DNA of 64,000 nt from Candidatus Omnitrophota bacterium (GTDB lineage Bacteria > Omnitrophota > Gorgyraeia > Pluralincolimonadales > Pluralincolimonadaceae), in contig PLNR01000004.1 of NCBI GenBank assembly GCA_003141835.1, forward strand, positions 13,943 to 77,942, written 5' to 3'. The stretch's first letter is position 1; the number at the start of each line of letters is the position of its first letter. Below, one piece after another: positions 46,143-55,839 of this stretch. Made by a program: the position numbers and the translations under genes. Under the pieces are notes generated by a model. The model searched no databases. It was given only the letters and a program-made list of their open reading frames with translations, and was not told the DNA's origin.

Positions 46143-48269
46143 TTATTTGGAGGGCTTGACCTTGCAGCCCAGGTCGGTAGTAAAGGTAGGTATGGCCAGC
46201 TCGAGATTCCCGTTCCGGCACTCGGCCTTGTCGCTCCGGACCACGCCGCAGGCTATGGTATCGAAATATTCGACGGTGTAATTCCCGTCCCTTAAACCGG
46301 TTATGACGACCCGGGGTATCTCTATCCAGGTATATCTGATGCCTTTCCTGCGGTTATCGACCGTATCATCCCGGTTCTTAAGCCAGATATATGCCGAATC
46401 TTCAGACCGGATGCCTATCACCTGGAGCGGGTTGGAATAGCCGCTCAGGCAGATGTTCCTCACCCTGAACCAATCGCCTCCGTCATTTGTTATCTTTATG
46501 CGGTGCTTCCCCCTGGAAACACCGATCTCAAAACTGTCGTCGAGATGCTTGTAGCTCGGCAGCGGCTTATAAATATGTTCCAGTACCATACGGTCATCAA
46601 GCCAAATGGCGGCTTTGGCCCCGCCTTCGGAGACCATATCGATATTAAGCGTGAATGAACCGTCCTCGGGATAATCGACGACGAATACCGGCGTGACCTT
46701 CATATCCTTGTGCGCCGCGCCCTGGAAAAATCTCGAGAGCTTATCGATACCGGAGACGCGCCCGTCGTTTCCCACGATGAGCTCCGAGGCTGACGAGGCC
46801 TGCCAGTCGAGGTAAGGCGTGAAAGTGAGCGTGTTATAGGTATCCTTGGGGCTTAATATCCTGTATTCGATATCCGTGAATTTTTTCCCGCGCCTGTCAT
46901 CGCCGGCGGTAAACCCTGAGACCGCCTTAAGCTCGTAGAAAAGGCCGCGCGGCTTGATAAAGCTGTCCCACCACCAATACATCGCCGTCCCGGCGGCAGG
47001 CGAGGCGGCCGACGACCAGAGCGCGTTATGGAACCTTATCCCCTGCGGGTCCTGCCTGCGCTCTACCGTCCCCTCTTTCGCGGTGCTGGCTACTTCGGAA
47101 ATAAGTACCGGCTTTCCGTACCTCTCCCTAAACTCCTTCGCGCAAAAGACTATCTCATCTATCATCACGTCGCTGTACTGGTGGATCTGCGTATAGCTGA
47201 TATACGGCGCGCGCCAAAGCCCGTAATCGAGCGGCTTTGAGCAACTCGTGGTGATCATGTGGCCCATCGGGTCCAGGCTTTTTATGTGATCCGCCATCTC
47301 TTTATGCCATTCCCCGGCGCGGGCATCGTCGAAATTGTCGGTCAGGTCGACTTCGTTCCAGAGCTCCCACGAGAATATCGCCGGGCTGTATCCCCACCTG
47401 GCGATTATATAACGGAGCCTGTTCTTGAAAAGCTTTTTCGCGGTCTCGTCCGTGAAGAAATCCGGCGGAGAGCCGCACGGCCCGCCGTTCTTCTTGTTAT
47501 AAGGGTTAGCGCCCCACTCCGAGTTGGCCGAACTGCTCAGTTGGCCGTGGATATTGACAGTAAGCTGGACCCGTACGCCGTATTTTTCGGCCATCCCGAG
47601 GATATTGTCTATCCTGTCCGCATTCCTGAGGTTATATACGCCAAGGCCGCCGTACGACTTATCCTTCTTCCATTCAAGCCCGAGGCCCCACGAACACAGC
47701 CACAGCCTCGTCCAGTTCCCGCCGTTGCTTCCTATCTTCTTATAATAGTCATCGTAATTATAAAGCACGTCTCCCCCGAGCCAGGCGACGTTCATGCCGA
47801 CCGGGAAGAAGAACCTGCCGTCCGAGGTCTCGAAATAACAGGGATCGATCTTGCTTACCCTGACCGGTCCTGCCGTCGTCGAAGGGAAGCATGTGAATCC
47901 GGCAACAGGAGACCTGGCTGAGGAGTGTTTGTCCGCGACTGTCGCGCAATAGGTCCAGTCCCCCTCTTCATCCGGGGAGAAGCGTATCTTCCAAACAGGC
48001 CTTTTCCCGGACGATGAATAAAGGAACCCGGGGACCTTTATCTCTTTGGATGACGGCGACTTGAATATTCCGGAGAGGTCTACCTGCGAAGGGTCAAAAG
48101 GATTTTCATATTCGGCGCTTAGGTCCACCGTGAGCTCGAAAAGACCGTATCTCCCGACCTTTTCCGAAGAAGCGGCGATTGAATTTATCGTGGCCGGCTT
48201 ATAGGCGAACGCTTCGGCGGAAATGAGTAGAAACGCGCAGGCTAGAAAGCCAAGGCAGCTTTTTTTCAT
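46143..48269 (-). CDS. Exported DUF5060 + GH5-like (clan A) glycoside hydrolase
   Basis: NPFDP..VDL...F.SPS...WKIRFSP...G.W.Y, RYIIARWGYS, WELWNE, LISE; CBM-like insert in C-terminal half. Confidence 0.8.
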   Translation of the reverse strand: MKKSCLGFLACAFLLISAEAFAYKPATINSIAASSEKVGRYGLFELTVDLSAEYENPFDPSQVDLSGIFKSPSSKEIKVPGFLYSSSGKRPVWKIRFSPDEEGDWTYCATVADKHSSARSPVAGFTCFPSTTAGPVRVSKIDPCYFETSDGRFFFPVGMNVAWLGGDVLYNYDDYYKKIGSNGGNWTRLWLCSWGLGLEWKKDKSYGGLGVYNLRNADRIDNILGMAEKYGVRVQLTVNIHGQLSSSANSEWGANPYNKKNGGPCGSPPDFFTDETAKKLFKNRLRYIIARWGYSPAIFSWELWNEVDLTDNFDDARAGEWHKEMADHIKSLDPMGHMITTSCSKPLDYGLWRAPYISYTQIHQYSDVMIDEIVFCAKEFRERYGKPVLISEVASTAKEGTVERRQDPQGIRFHNALWSSAASPAAGTAMYWWWDSFIKPRGLFYELKAVSGFTAGDDRRGKKFTDIEYRILSPKDTYNTLTFTPYLDWQASSASELIVGNDGRVSGIDKLSRFFQGAAHKDMKVTPVFVVDYPEDGSFTLNIDMVSEGGAKAAIWLDDRMVLEHIYKPLPSYKHLDDSFEIGVSRGKHRIKITNDGGDWFRVRNICLSGYSNPLQVIGIRSEDSAYIWLKNRDDTVDNRRKGIRYTWIEIPRVVITGLRDGNYTVEYFDTIACGVVRSDKAECRNGNLELAIPTFTTDLGCKVKPSK

Positions 48270-48272
48270 ATG

Positions 48273-49157
48273 TCACGCTTTAAGGCCGGTAAGGGCTATG
48301 CCCTTTATGAAATACTTCTGGAAGGCTATAAAGACTATCAATACCGGGGCCGTGGCGACCACTGCGCCGGCCATGACCATCGCGAAGTTCGTCCCGAATT
48401 GCCCGTTCAGGACAGAGAGGGCAAGGGGTATCGTCCTCATTTTCGAGGAATATATTATGACGAGGGGCCAGACGAAATTATTCCATTGCGCCATGAAAGT
48501 GAATATCGCCAGCGAGGCGAGCGCCGGTTGTATCAGCGGAAGTATCACCCTGCGGTATATCGTGAACTCGGTGCAACCGTCTATCTTTGCCGCGTCTATG
48601 AGGTCATCTGGGATGTTCGAGATGAACTGCCTCATCAGGAATATCCCGAACGCGCCTGACATCGCCGGGATTATCAGCCCGTAAAACGAGTTGAGCCACC
48701 CGAACTTCTTCACTATCACGAAACTCGGTATCAGGTTGACCTGCCACGGGATCATCATCGAGCCGACGAGCAGGAGGAAGAGCTTGTCCCTGCCGAAGAA
48801 CCGGTGCTTGGCAAAGGCGTAGCCGGCCAGGGAACAGAAGAATATATTGGCCACCGTTATAGCGGTCGTGGCAAAAAGGCTGTTGAGGAAATACCTGCCC
48901 ATCGGTATTATCCTGAAGAGTTCGAGGTACGCCGCGATCGTCGGTTTGCGGATGAAGAAGCTCGGCGGATAGGTGTTTATCTCGTCGAGCGGCTTGAACG
49001 ACGTGGCTATCATCCAGACGAACGGCACGATCATTATGAACGAACCGGCTATCAGGAAAATATATATAAGGAGATTGGCGGTCCGCTGCTGCTTCTTCTT
49101 GCTGGTTACCCTGACCGCGCCCCTTCTTTCCAGCTCTTTTATCCCGTTCATATCCAT
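48273..49157 (-). CDS. Carbohydrate ABC transporter permease (MalG-like)
   Basis: PFVWM..TSFK, DAAKIDG EAA loop, QKYFIKG. Confidence 0.95.
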   Translation of the reverse strand: MDMNGIKELERRGAVRVTSKKKQQRTANLLIYIFLIAGSFIMIVPFVWMIATSFKPLDEINTYPPSFFIRKPTIAAYLELFRIIPMGRYFLNSLFATTAITVANIFFCSLAGYAFAKHRFFGRDKLFLLLVGSMMIPWQVNLIPSFVIVKKFGWLNSFYGLIIPAMSGAFGIFLMRQFISNIPDDLIDAAKIDGCTEFTIYRRVILPLIQPALASLAIFTFMAQWNNFVWPLVIIYSSKMRTIPLALSVLNGQFGTNFAMVMAGAVVATAPVLIVFIAFQKYFIKGIALTGLKA

Positions 49158-49158
49158 G

Positions 49159-50061
49159 TCAGTACTCGATCTTTTTCTCCACCAGCCGCATGTTGACGAT
49201 CGTTACGATAAAAAGCACCAGGAATATAAGGTACGCCAGCGCCGAGGCGTAACCCATCGCGAACCTCTGGAACCCGGTGTCGTAGAGGTACGCGACTATC
49301 GTCAGCGCGCAGTCAAGCGCGCCGCCCACCGCCCCCTCGGAACTGTAAGTCATTATATATACCGCGTCGAAGACCTGGAACGCGCTTATGATCGACATTA
49401 TGGTGACGAAGAGCATCGTCGGCGCCAACAGCGGCAGCGTGATGTTGCGGAACTTGTCCCATTCGCTCGCCCCGTCGACCTCGGCCGCCTCATAGAAGAC
49501 GTGCGGGATGCCCTGAAGCCCGGCGATGAACAGTATCATGTTATACCCGAGCCCTCCCCAGACGCTCATGATTATTATCGAGGGGAGCGTCCAATCGATC
49601 CCGAGCCAGTTCACCGGCGGTATCCCGATCGAAGAAAGGGCGTGGTTGAAGAGGCCGTATTTGCCGCTGGCGTAAAGCCATTTCCAGATGACCGATATCG
49701 CTATTATCGAGGTTATGCTGGGGATGAAGAAGAACGTCTTGAACCAGTTCTTGAAACGGATATTCTGGTCGATGGCGACGGCGAGGGCAAGCGAGATCAC
49801 TATGCTCGTCGGGACCGTGCCTGCCACATATATCGCAGTGTTTGTCATCGCTTTCCAGAAACGCGGGTCATGGAACAGTATGTTTATGTAATTCTGGAAC
49901 CCGACGAATTTGGGCGGCTGGAGGATATTATACTGGGTGAAACTCCAGTAAAGCGACGCGAAGACCGGTATTATCAGGAAAAGGGTGAAGATCATGAAAG
50001 ACGGGCCGATGAAGATGTAAGACCATTTCTGCCTGTTCAGTTCTTTTGCGAACGGTTTCAC
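49159..50061 (-). CDS. Carbohydrate ABC transporter permease (MalF-like)
   Basis: FVGFQNY, YEAAEVDGAS, ITLPLL.P, GYASA. Confidence 0.95.
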   Translation of the reverse strand: MKPFAKELNRQKWSYIFIGPSFMIFTLFLIIPVFASLYWSFTQYNILQPPKFVGFQNYINILFHDPRFWKAMTNTAIYVAGTVPTSIVISLALAVAIDQNIRFKNWFKTFFFIPSITSIIAISVIWKWLYASGKYGLFNHALSSIGIPPVNWLGIDWTLPSIIIMSVWGGLGYNMILFIAGLQGIPHVFYEAAEVDGASEWDKFRNITLPLLAPTMLFVTIMSIISAFQVFDAVYIMTYSSEGAVGGALDCALTIVAYLYDTGFQRFAMGYASALAYLIFLVLFIVTIVNMRLVEKKIEY

Positions 50062-51302
50062 TTCTTGAGCCTCCTGTTCAGCTCATCATTGGCATCGGTT
50101 AAAGCGGCCTCGACGTCCTTGCCCTTGAGGACGATAAGCTGTATGGCCGTATCTATGAACCTCGTGCTGTCGTCCCAACCCAACAAGGACGGGGGGCCTT
50201 TCGAGTCAAAAGCCTGCGCTTTAAGCGGTCCCTTGAACGCCGCATCCATCGGCAGGATGTCCCACGTCTTGATATTGGGAGGAAGATACGTATCGTGCGA
50301 CTCGAGGGTCGCCTCGTATAATTTCAGCTGGATGTCCGGACGGGAAAGATACTTTATGAATCCCCACGATTCATTCTGCAGCTTGGATTGGGAAAATATC
50401 CCCATCACCCTGCCGCCGATGAACCCCGTCCTTTTTCCCGTTGGCCCGGCCGGCAGCTGCGATATGCCCCATTTACCGTTTATCTCCGGCGCAACGTCGG
50501 CAAGGGTCTTCATCTTCCAGTTCCCGGAGATGAATATCGGGTAGTCTCCCATCTTAAATCCCTGCTCGACGGGTTTCTCCTCTTTCGGCACTCCGTATCT
50601 TTTATAAAGTCCGGTGAAAAATTCCATCCCTGTTTCCGCGGCTGCGGTATCGAGGGTGGCAACCGTATTCTCTTTATTATAAAAATCCCCGCCTGCCTGC
50701 CATAGGAAAGGGCTGTACCCTATCCACCCGAGCCCTCCCCAGTCTATTATCATCGATTTGCCGTTGCGGTTAAGTTCTGCCAAAAGCGAGGCCAGCTCTT
50801 TCCAGTCCCGGGGCGGCTTCCCGATCATGTCGGTCCTGTAATACATTATATATTCGCTTATATCGAATGGCACGGCATAGACGCTGTCCTTGTACCTTAT
50901 CGACGCGGCGAGGCCGGGGAAGATATCGTCCTCTATGGCCTTGAGGTCTGCGGGAAAAGCCTTCTGGAGGTCGACCATCGCCCCGAGATTCCCGAATTCC
51001 GTTCCCCAGGTTAGCCCCATCGTCCCGATGTCAGGGGTGACTTCGCCGACGACCGAAGTAAGGTATTTCGAATGCGCCTCTCCCCACGAGATCGCCTCGC
51101 ACCTTACTTTGACGCCGGTCTCTTTATAAAAATCCCGCCCGAGCTCGGTTATCTTCTGGGCCTGCTTCTCGGAACCGACGAGCCACATGAGTATCTCTTT
51201 TTCGGAGGACTTTTTCACGCAGCCGGAAAAGCAGGACAAGGCGAGGGCCGCAAAAAATAAAAAAAGACAGCATATGGCTTTTCCGCGTTTTATGCCGCGC
51301 AT
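50058..51302 (-). CDS. Sugar ABC transporter solute-binding lipoprotein
   Basis: Lipobox FSGC, PDI...G.TW, YYRTD, PPRDWKEL; start 51302 preferred over 51332 to avoid overlap. Confidence 0.9.
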   Translation of the reverse strand: MRGIKRGKAICCLFLFFAALALSCFSGCVKKSSEKEILMWLVGSEKQAQKITELGRDFYKETGVKVRCEAISWGEAHSKYLTSVVGEVTPDIGTMGLTWGTEFGNLGAMVDLQKAFPADLKAIEDDIFPGLAASIRYKDSVYAVPFDISEYIMYYRTDMIGKPPRDWKELASLLAELNRNGKSMIIDWGGLGWIGYSPFLWQAGGDFYNKENTVATLDTAAAETGMEFFTGLYKRYGVPKEEKPVEQGFKMGDYPIFISGNWKMKTLADVAPEINGKWGISQLPAGPTGKRTGFIGGRVMGIFSQSKLQNESWGFIKYLSRPDIQLKLYEATLESHDTYLPPNIKTWDILPMDAAFKGPLKAQAFDSKGPPSLLGWDDSTRFIDTAIQLIVLKGKDVEAALTDANDELNRRLKK

Positions 51303-51306
51303 AGTC

Positions 51307-52356
51307 TCACTTTTTTTCCTGTTTGCCTGCAAAAGTTTCCAGGTCCGAAAGCCTTCCCTCGATATCCTTTTTCAGGGTCTCGGTATCCTTGCTTCCCGCC
51401 CATGTGGAAAGGTTATAAGTAAGGTTGTTCGCCTTGAACAATTCGTCCGTATACCTGCTGATAAGCCTCTCCAGAGAATAGGCGACCTCGTTCAAATTGC
51501 TCTCCTGTAGCGCAAAATCGAAGTTCGCCACCTTGGTGTGGTACTTTGCTATCGACGATTTGATATCGTTTATTTTAGCCTGCCATTTTAAGGCGCGGGC
51601 ATTCCAGGCGGCTTTGTTGAAAGCTGCCTTTTGTGCCTCGTACTCGCCCGTCAGCTCGCCGTACATGCCGGCGGCGCCTTTTATCTGCGATATCAACTCG
51701 GACCTGCGCTTATCCACTAAATTCTCGACTTCCTCCGGGACGCCGACGGTCACCTCGGACTCGGCTTTTATCTCTTTCAGCCCTTTTACTTTTTCTTTTA
51801 CGGCCTCGTCTTCCTGTCCATCCGGTGAAAAAACCGCTTCCACGACATACGAACCCGGCGGGATCTTCTTGTTGCTGGATTGCCCGATCCTTACCGAGAA
51901 AGGGGACTTCCCGATCTTCTCTTTGCGCGCTTGTATCGTCTCTACGGGGCTCTTCAAAACGAACTCGATAACGGTATTCGGCGGCAGGTTCGTAGTCCCT
52001 TCGACAACGATCGCGTCCCCGCTTGAAAGCTTTTTGTATTCCGCTTTTATTGCCAACCCGGATTTTTGGGCCTCGGGTTGTCCGCCGGCCTGCACGCCCT
52101 CTTTATGGGTTACGTTCCCGGATGTATCATCGAAAAAACCAGGGGCCAGCTCCTTCTTCTCCACTGCTTTTATCTTGTCTTTTTTAATGACGACCTGCCC
52201 TATCTTAATCTTTAAGGTAACCGCTTCGCCGGTCTCTTCCGTGATCTCCCCTTCGACGTCGCGGCCGTTATTAAGATGTACCACATCGCCGGAAGCGGAA
52301 GGCCGGACCAGTAAAATAAAAACAAACACGCATGTTATAATGAGATCTTTGCGCAT
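51307..52356 (-). CDS. Exported hypothetical protein
   Basis: Signal peptide, DVVHLNNGR.VEG.I.EE N-terminal module, Ig-like middle, helical C-terminus. Confidence 0.7.
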   Translation of the reverse strand: MRKDLIITCVFVFILLVRPSASGDVVHLNNGRDVEGEITEETGEAVTLKIKIGQVVIKKDKIKAVEKKELAPGFFDDTSGNVTHKEGVQAGGQPEAQKSGLAIKAEYKKLSSGDAIVVEGTTNLPPNTVIEFVLKSPVETIQARKEKIGKSPFSVRIGQSSNKKIPPGSYVVEAVFSPDGQEDEAVKEKVKGLKEIKAESEVTVGVPEEVENLVDKRRSELISQIKGAAGMYGELTGEYEAQKAAFNKAAWNARALKWQAKINDIKSSIAKYHTKVANFDFALQESNLNEVAYSLERLISRYTDELFKANNLTYNLSTWAGSKDTETLKKDIEGRLSDLETFAGKQEKK

Positions 52357-54828
52357 CTACACGCCCCTTAAATATAATATACGGGCGCCCCTCGTATACG
52401 TTATGGTCACGTCGTCCAGGAGAGGGGTGTCGAGCAGGCCTGTCCCGGTCGTGATAAAATAGGCCTTGTATTTAACCGCGCCGAGGTTTGAGGTCGGCCT
52501 GTCGAGGGGGTTGCCCGCGGTATTTGTCCTCGTCGAATAGCTCCCGATCCAATTCGAGCCGTCAAATACGTCAAATTGCATGTCGGCGCCGGGAACCCCG
52601 GCCGGGAGATGCTCGGTCCAGTAGGCATTGCAAAGCCTCGCGGGCGTATTATTCGGCAAAGACGGCAATTGGCTTGAAAGAGGCGCCGATTCAAATGACG
52701 CGTCCCCGGCGTTGTAATATATGCCCCTGTCCGAATCGGCCTGTATCTGCGCCTGCGTGCGGACCGAATTAAAGATCCTTATGCCGGCGATCGTAGAATA
52801 ACATTCGACATCCTTGCTCAAATCGTTCCACGCATCCCCGCCCACCTGGATGAAGTTAAACGGGAGCGTGGGCCCTGTCGGGTAACGGGCTACCTGGTTC
52901 CAGGCATAGCCGTCGCAATAAAGCCACTGTTCTCCCTGGGGGGTGGGCGTGCCCTGGTCCCAGTAACGCCAGGAAAAAGCGACATGATGCCAACCGCCGG
53001 CTTTCCATTGGGAATTATCGAATTGCTGGCTGTATACGCAGTAATAATACCTTGCCCACCAGGAATCGTACCCCCAGTAATTTGCGCCATAAAGTGACCC
53101 GGAGGCGGCAAAATCCCCCCATGTCTTCGTGGAAAGATGTTTATCCCATGACTGCCTCCAGAATTCAAATTCGATAGCCGACCTTCCGAAATTGTTCGAG
53201 TCGGTCACCGCAAGGAATCTAGCGCAGTTGTAGGTTCCGAGGAGCCATTGGTCGCTCGTATACCAATCCGACTTGACCCACATCTCGACCGTTCCTATAG
53301 TGTTATCCACGGCGCCGGAAGCCGGATACGCCGGGTCGTACGTCGCGTCGCCGGCCAAGCTGCCGTCCCCCAAATAAAGGCCGTCGGGATACATATTGCC
53401 CCGGTTGGCGGGATCTATGACGCTTGCTATGTTAGGGTTGGTCTTGCCATTCAAGTGCGTAAAGGCCTGGCCGCTATCGGCATTCAAAGAACTGTTCCCG
53501 TTATAATTCACAAGGAAATGCGTCCCGGAATCCGGGGTGGAGTCCTTCAGCGTCGCCAGCATTATCTGGCCGTCATAATTAGCCGCTGCCGGAACGGCCG
53601 CTACCGGTTCGGGATAAGTCACCAAGTTGGCTTTTACGCCGGCTTCGAACTGCGCCTGCGTCGTCTGCCGCCATTGGTCGAACAGCTTTACGACCACATC
53701 AAGGCTTTTTGAGGCTACCTGGCCCCCGCCCGGATTGCGCAGCGTTCCGGTAGAGGTGATCTCGTAATATCCGCCTGAATTGAAACAAAACTCCGTGGTA
53801 TAAACGGTCAATTGCGTCTTGTCTATTCCGTCGGTGCCGGCCCGCGGATAGGCGGCCGAACTCGATTTGGATACGTGCTTGCCCCTCCAGCTGTTATTCG
53901 GGTTAGCGCTCATATAATCGGTATTCGGATCGGCGTTAGCCATAACGATGGCCGCGTCGCCATCCGCTATGATGCTGGCGGCCTGTGCGGCAAGAAGCCT
54001 CGTCCATAAGTCGTCGTAAGTCATATAAGGCCTGTTGGCGATCAGATAGTCCGCCAAAGAGGCGGCTTCGGCCGAAGAGATGGAATTAACGCCGTTGTTG
54101 GTTATGCCTGTCAATACCGCGATCAACACCTGCCTGGATGCGGTATTCACATTGATCGGGGCCCTGGGAGCCGCGGCATACGGGTACGCCGCGCTTATGA
54201 CATCGGGATCCACAAAGGCGTAAATGGTAATATAATCCTTTATGGCGTTATACTTAGCCTGCGCCTGGGAGGCGCTCCCGCTTAATACAGTCTTGATCTG
54301 TTCTTTGGTCGTATATCCGGCGACCGCCCGGCCGGTTATCAACTGGCTTATATCGGCCGCGGTCAAAGGGGAGCCGAGAGCGGTATTTAAATTGGTAAGA
54401 ATAGCGCCTAAATTGGGGTTAAGGCTGTCGTTTATATATATCTGCCTGTTGCAGTCTATGATAATCGCGCTATAACCGCCGAGGCTATCCAATAAGCTTG
54501 AATCGCTGTATCCGGAATACCAGGCCTCGCCCGGATAATCTGCCGCGCTCTGTATCGCGCCGCCGGCGCCGTACCGCAGCTCGTTTATGCTCCTGTTTAC
54601 GCCGGCCTCTGCCAGGTATTTCGCTTTCACGGAATCTTCGAAACTTTTCGAGGACTTGAGGTCCATTATCATATTTACGGTAAAAGAAATACCGACAAGG
54701 ACAAGCAGGGCCAGTACCCCTACCGTAAGGACAAGGACGACTCCCCTCCTCTTCCTCCTGGAGATAAAAAAGGGGGTGCTTAAAGCTATTTTCGGGTGAG
54801 GGAGCAAGTCCTTTTGAACTTTCCTCAT
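52357..54828 (-). CDS. PilX/GspK-like minor pilin with HhH region and LamG-like domain
   Basis: RR-G|VVLVLTVGVLALL prepilin-type N-terminus, A.YLAEAG, INVNTAS HhH, GTVEMWVK..W, WHHVAFSW LamG motifs. Confidence 0.75.
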   Translation of the reverse strand: MRKVQKDLLPHPKIALSTPFFISRRKRRGVVLVLTVGVLALLVLVGISFTVNMIMDLKSSKSFEDSVKAKYLAEAGVNRSINELRYGAGGAIQSAADYPGEAWYSGYSDSSLLDSLGGYSAIIIDCNRQIYINDSLNPNLGAILTNLNTALGSPLTAADISQLITGRAVAGYTTKEQIKTVLSGSASQAQAKYNAIKDYITIYAFVDPDVISAAYPYAAAPRAPINVNTASRQVLIAVLTGITNNGVNSISSAEAASLADYLIANRPYMTYDDLWTRLLAAQAASIIADGDAAIVMANADPNTDYMSANPNNSWRGKHVSKSSSAAYPRAGTDGIDKTQLTVYTTEFCFNSGGYYEITSTGTLRNPGGGQVASKSLDVVVKLFDQWRQTTQAQFEAGVKANLVTYPEPVAAVPAAANYDGQIMLATLKDSTPDSGTHFLVNYNGNSSLNADSGQAFTHLNGKTNPNIASVIDPANRGNMYPDGLYLGDGSLAGDATYDPAYPASGAVDNTIGTVEMWVKSDWYTSDQWLLGTYNCARFLAVTDSNNFGRSAIEFEFWRQSWDKHLSTKTWGDFAASGSLYGANYWGYDSWWARYYYCVYSQQFDNSQWKAGGWHHVAFSWRYWDQGTPTPQGEQWLYCDGYAWNQVARYPTGPTLPFNFIQVGGDAWNDLSKDVECYSTIAGIRIFNSVRTQAQIQADSDRGIYYNAGDASFESAPLSSQLPSLPNNTPARLCNAYWTEHLPAGVPGADMQFDVFDGSNWIGSYSTRTNTAGNPLDRPTSNLGAVKYKAYFITTGTGLLDTPLLDDVTITYTRGARILYLRGV

Positions 54829-54846
54829 AGCTTTAATACCCCCTTT
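54766..54846 (-). terminator. ~80-nt hairpin with U-tract covering the SD and ATG of the PilX-like gene
   Basis: Minus AAGGGGGT..TTAAAGCTAT GAGG..AAGTTC AAAA GGACTT..CCTCA..ATAGCTTTAA..ACCCCCTT TTTT. Confidence 0.7.
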
Positions 54847-54884
54847 ATTATTTTCCTTATTGTACCTCTACTTTCGAACTTTTA

Positions 54885-55544
54885 CTACGCTTTCTTCTTT
54901 CTAGCGAAACCAAAGATGCCGATCAAGCCGCTGCCGAGAAGAAGCATGCTCGCCGGTTCAGGAACCACGGTGTAGTCGTCGACATAGACGGGGCCGTCAT
55001 AAGTCCCTGTAGCCGAACCGCCGGTACCTATCTTGACGCCAAGGGTGACTACCTGAGTCGAGTCAAACCCCGCATCTACAAAATCCGGAGTTGTCGTGCC
55101 TAATGTTGAAGAGAGCGTCGTCCAGCTGTTTTCGACCATGTTCTGCCAAGGGCCATACCACGACTTGTAGTTGACGTCCTTGAAGAACATCTGCCAGCCG
55201 TTAGAAGACGAGGGATTTGTCCCTGCGGCACCGGTCGGGCCGAATACGCCCACAGACGCCGTAAGGCCTCCAAGGTTCAGTTTGTTCGCCTGCGTCCTTG
55301 TGACCAAAAGCTCACCCTTGCTGAAATGAGCATCACCCGGGACCAGATGGGTCGTTCCTACCAATGAGTTGGCACCGGTTAACGCCTGAGCCGCCGACTG
55401 TGCTGCTGTCGATATAGCCTGGCTGTCCGTATAATTCTGGAACGTCCATCCTTCTGTCCCTGTCTCGAAGTCATACAAAGTTGTACCGAACGCCGAACCG
55501 CTTACCAATAACATCGCTGCAATCACTACCATGTACTTCATCAT
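54885..55544 (-). CDS. PEP-CTERM sorting-domain protein with CBM-like body
   Basis: Signal peptide MMKYMVVIAAMLLVSGSAFG, LYDFE...EGW...VYVDD, C-terminal VPEPASMLLLGSGLIGIFGFARKK; GGAGGTG SD. Confidence 0.9.
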   Translation of the reverse strand: MMKYMVVIAAMLLVSGSAFGTTLYDFETGTEGWTFQNYTDSQAISTAAQSAAQALTGANSLVGTTHLVPGDAHFSKGELLVTRTQANKLNLGGLTASVGVFGPTGAAGTNPSSSNGWQMFFKDVNYKSWYGPWQNMVENSWTTLSSTLGTTTPDFVDAGFDSTQVVTLGVKIGTGGSATGTYDGPVYVDDYTVVPEPASMLLLGSGLIGIFGFARKKKA

Positions 55545-55756
55545 TATTGTTTTCACCTCCTCCTTTTTAAAATTTAAAATTGTTTGGTTTATCTCTTCCT
55601 TTACTACTACTAAACTCTTTACCATTGGACAACCCTCCTTTCCTTTGATTAGTATAACCGAGTATACTATTTAACAGGAAACAAAGATGTTTTTACAAGG
55701 TTTAAACAATTATTGAATAACATGGCAAGTATACTCTGGTATAACTATCTTGGGCA

Positions 55757-55785
55757 AATATATCACTTTAGAGCTCTTTTGTCAA
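55757..55785 (-). promoter_or_regulatory. Sigma70 promoter for the PEP-CTERM gene
   Basis: Minus TTGACA-N17-TATATT with TG extension in AT-rich intergenic DNA. Confidence 0.6.
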
Positions 55786-55839
55786 GAATATATAGTTGCT
55801 TTTTTAAGGGAAAATATTGTTATCTTACGTCTAAGATCC

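Noticed and set aside
48973-50544. 523-aa plus-strand ORF
   Set aside because: Antisense shadow of the ABC permease and binding-protein genes; no recognisable motifs.
55722-55740. Sigma54 promoter for the PEP-CTERM gene
   Set aside because: TGGCA is on the wrong strand and lacks the -12 TTGC.
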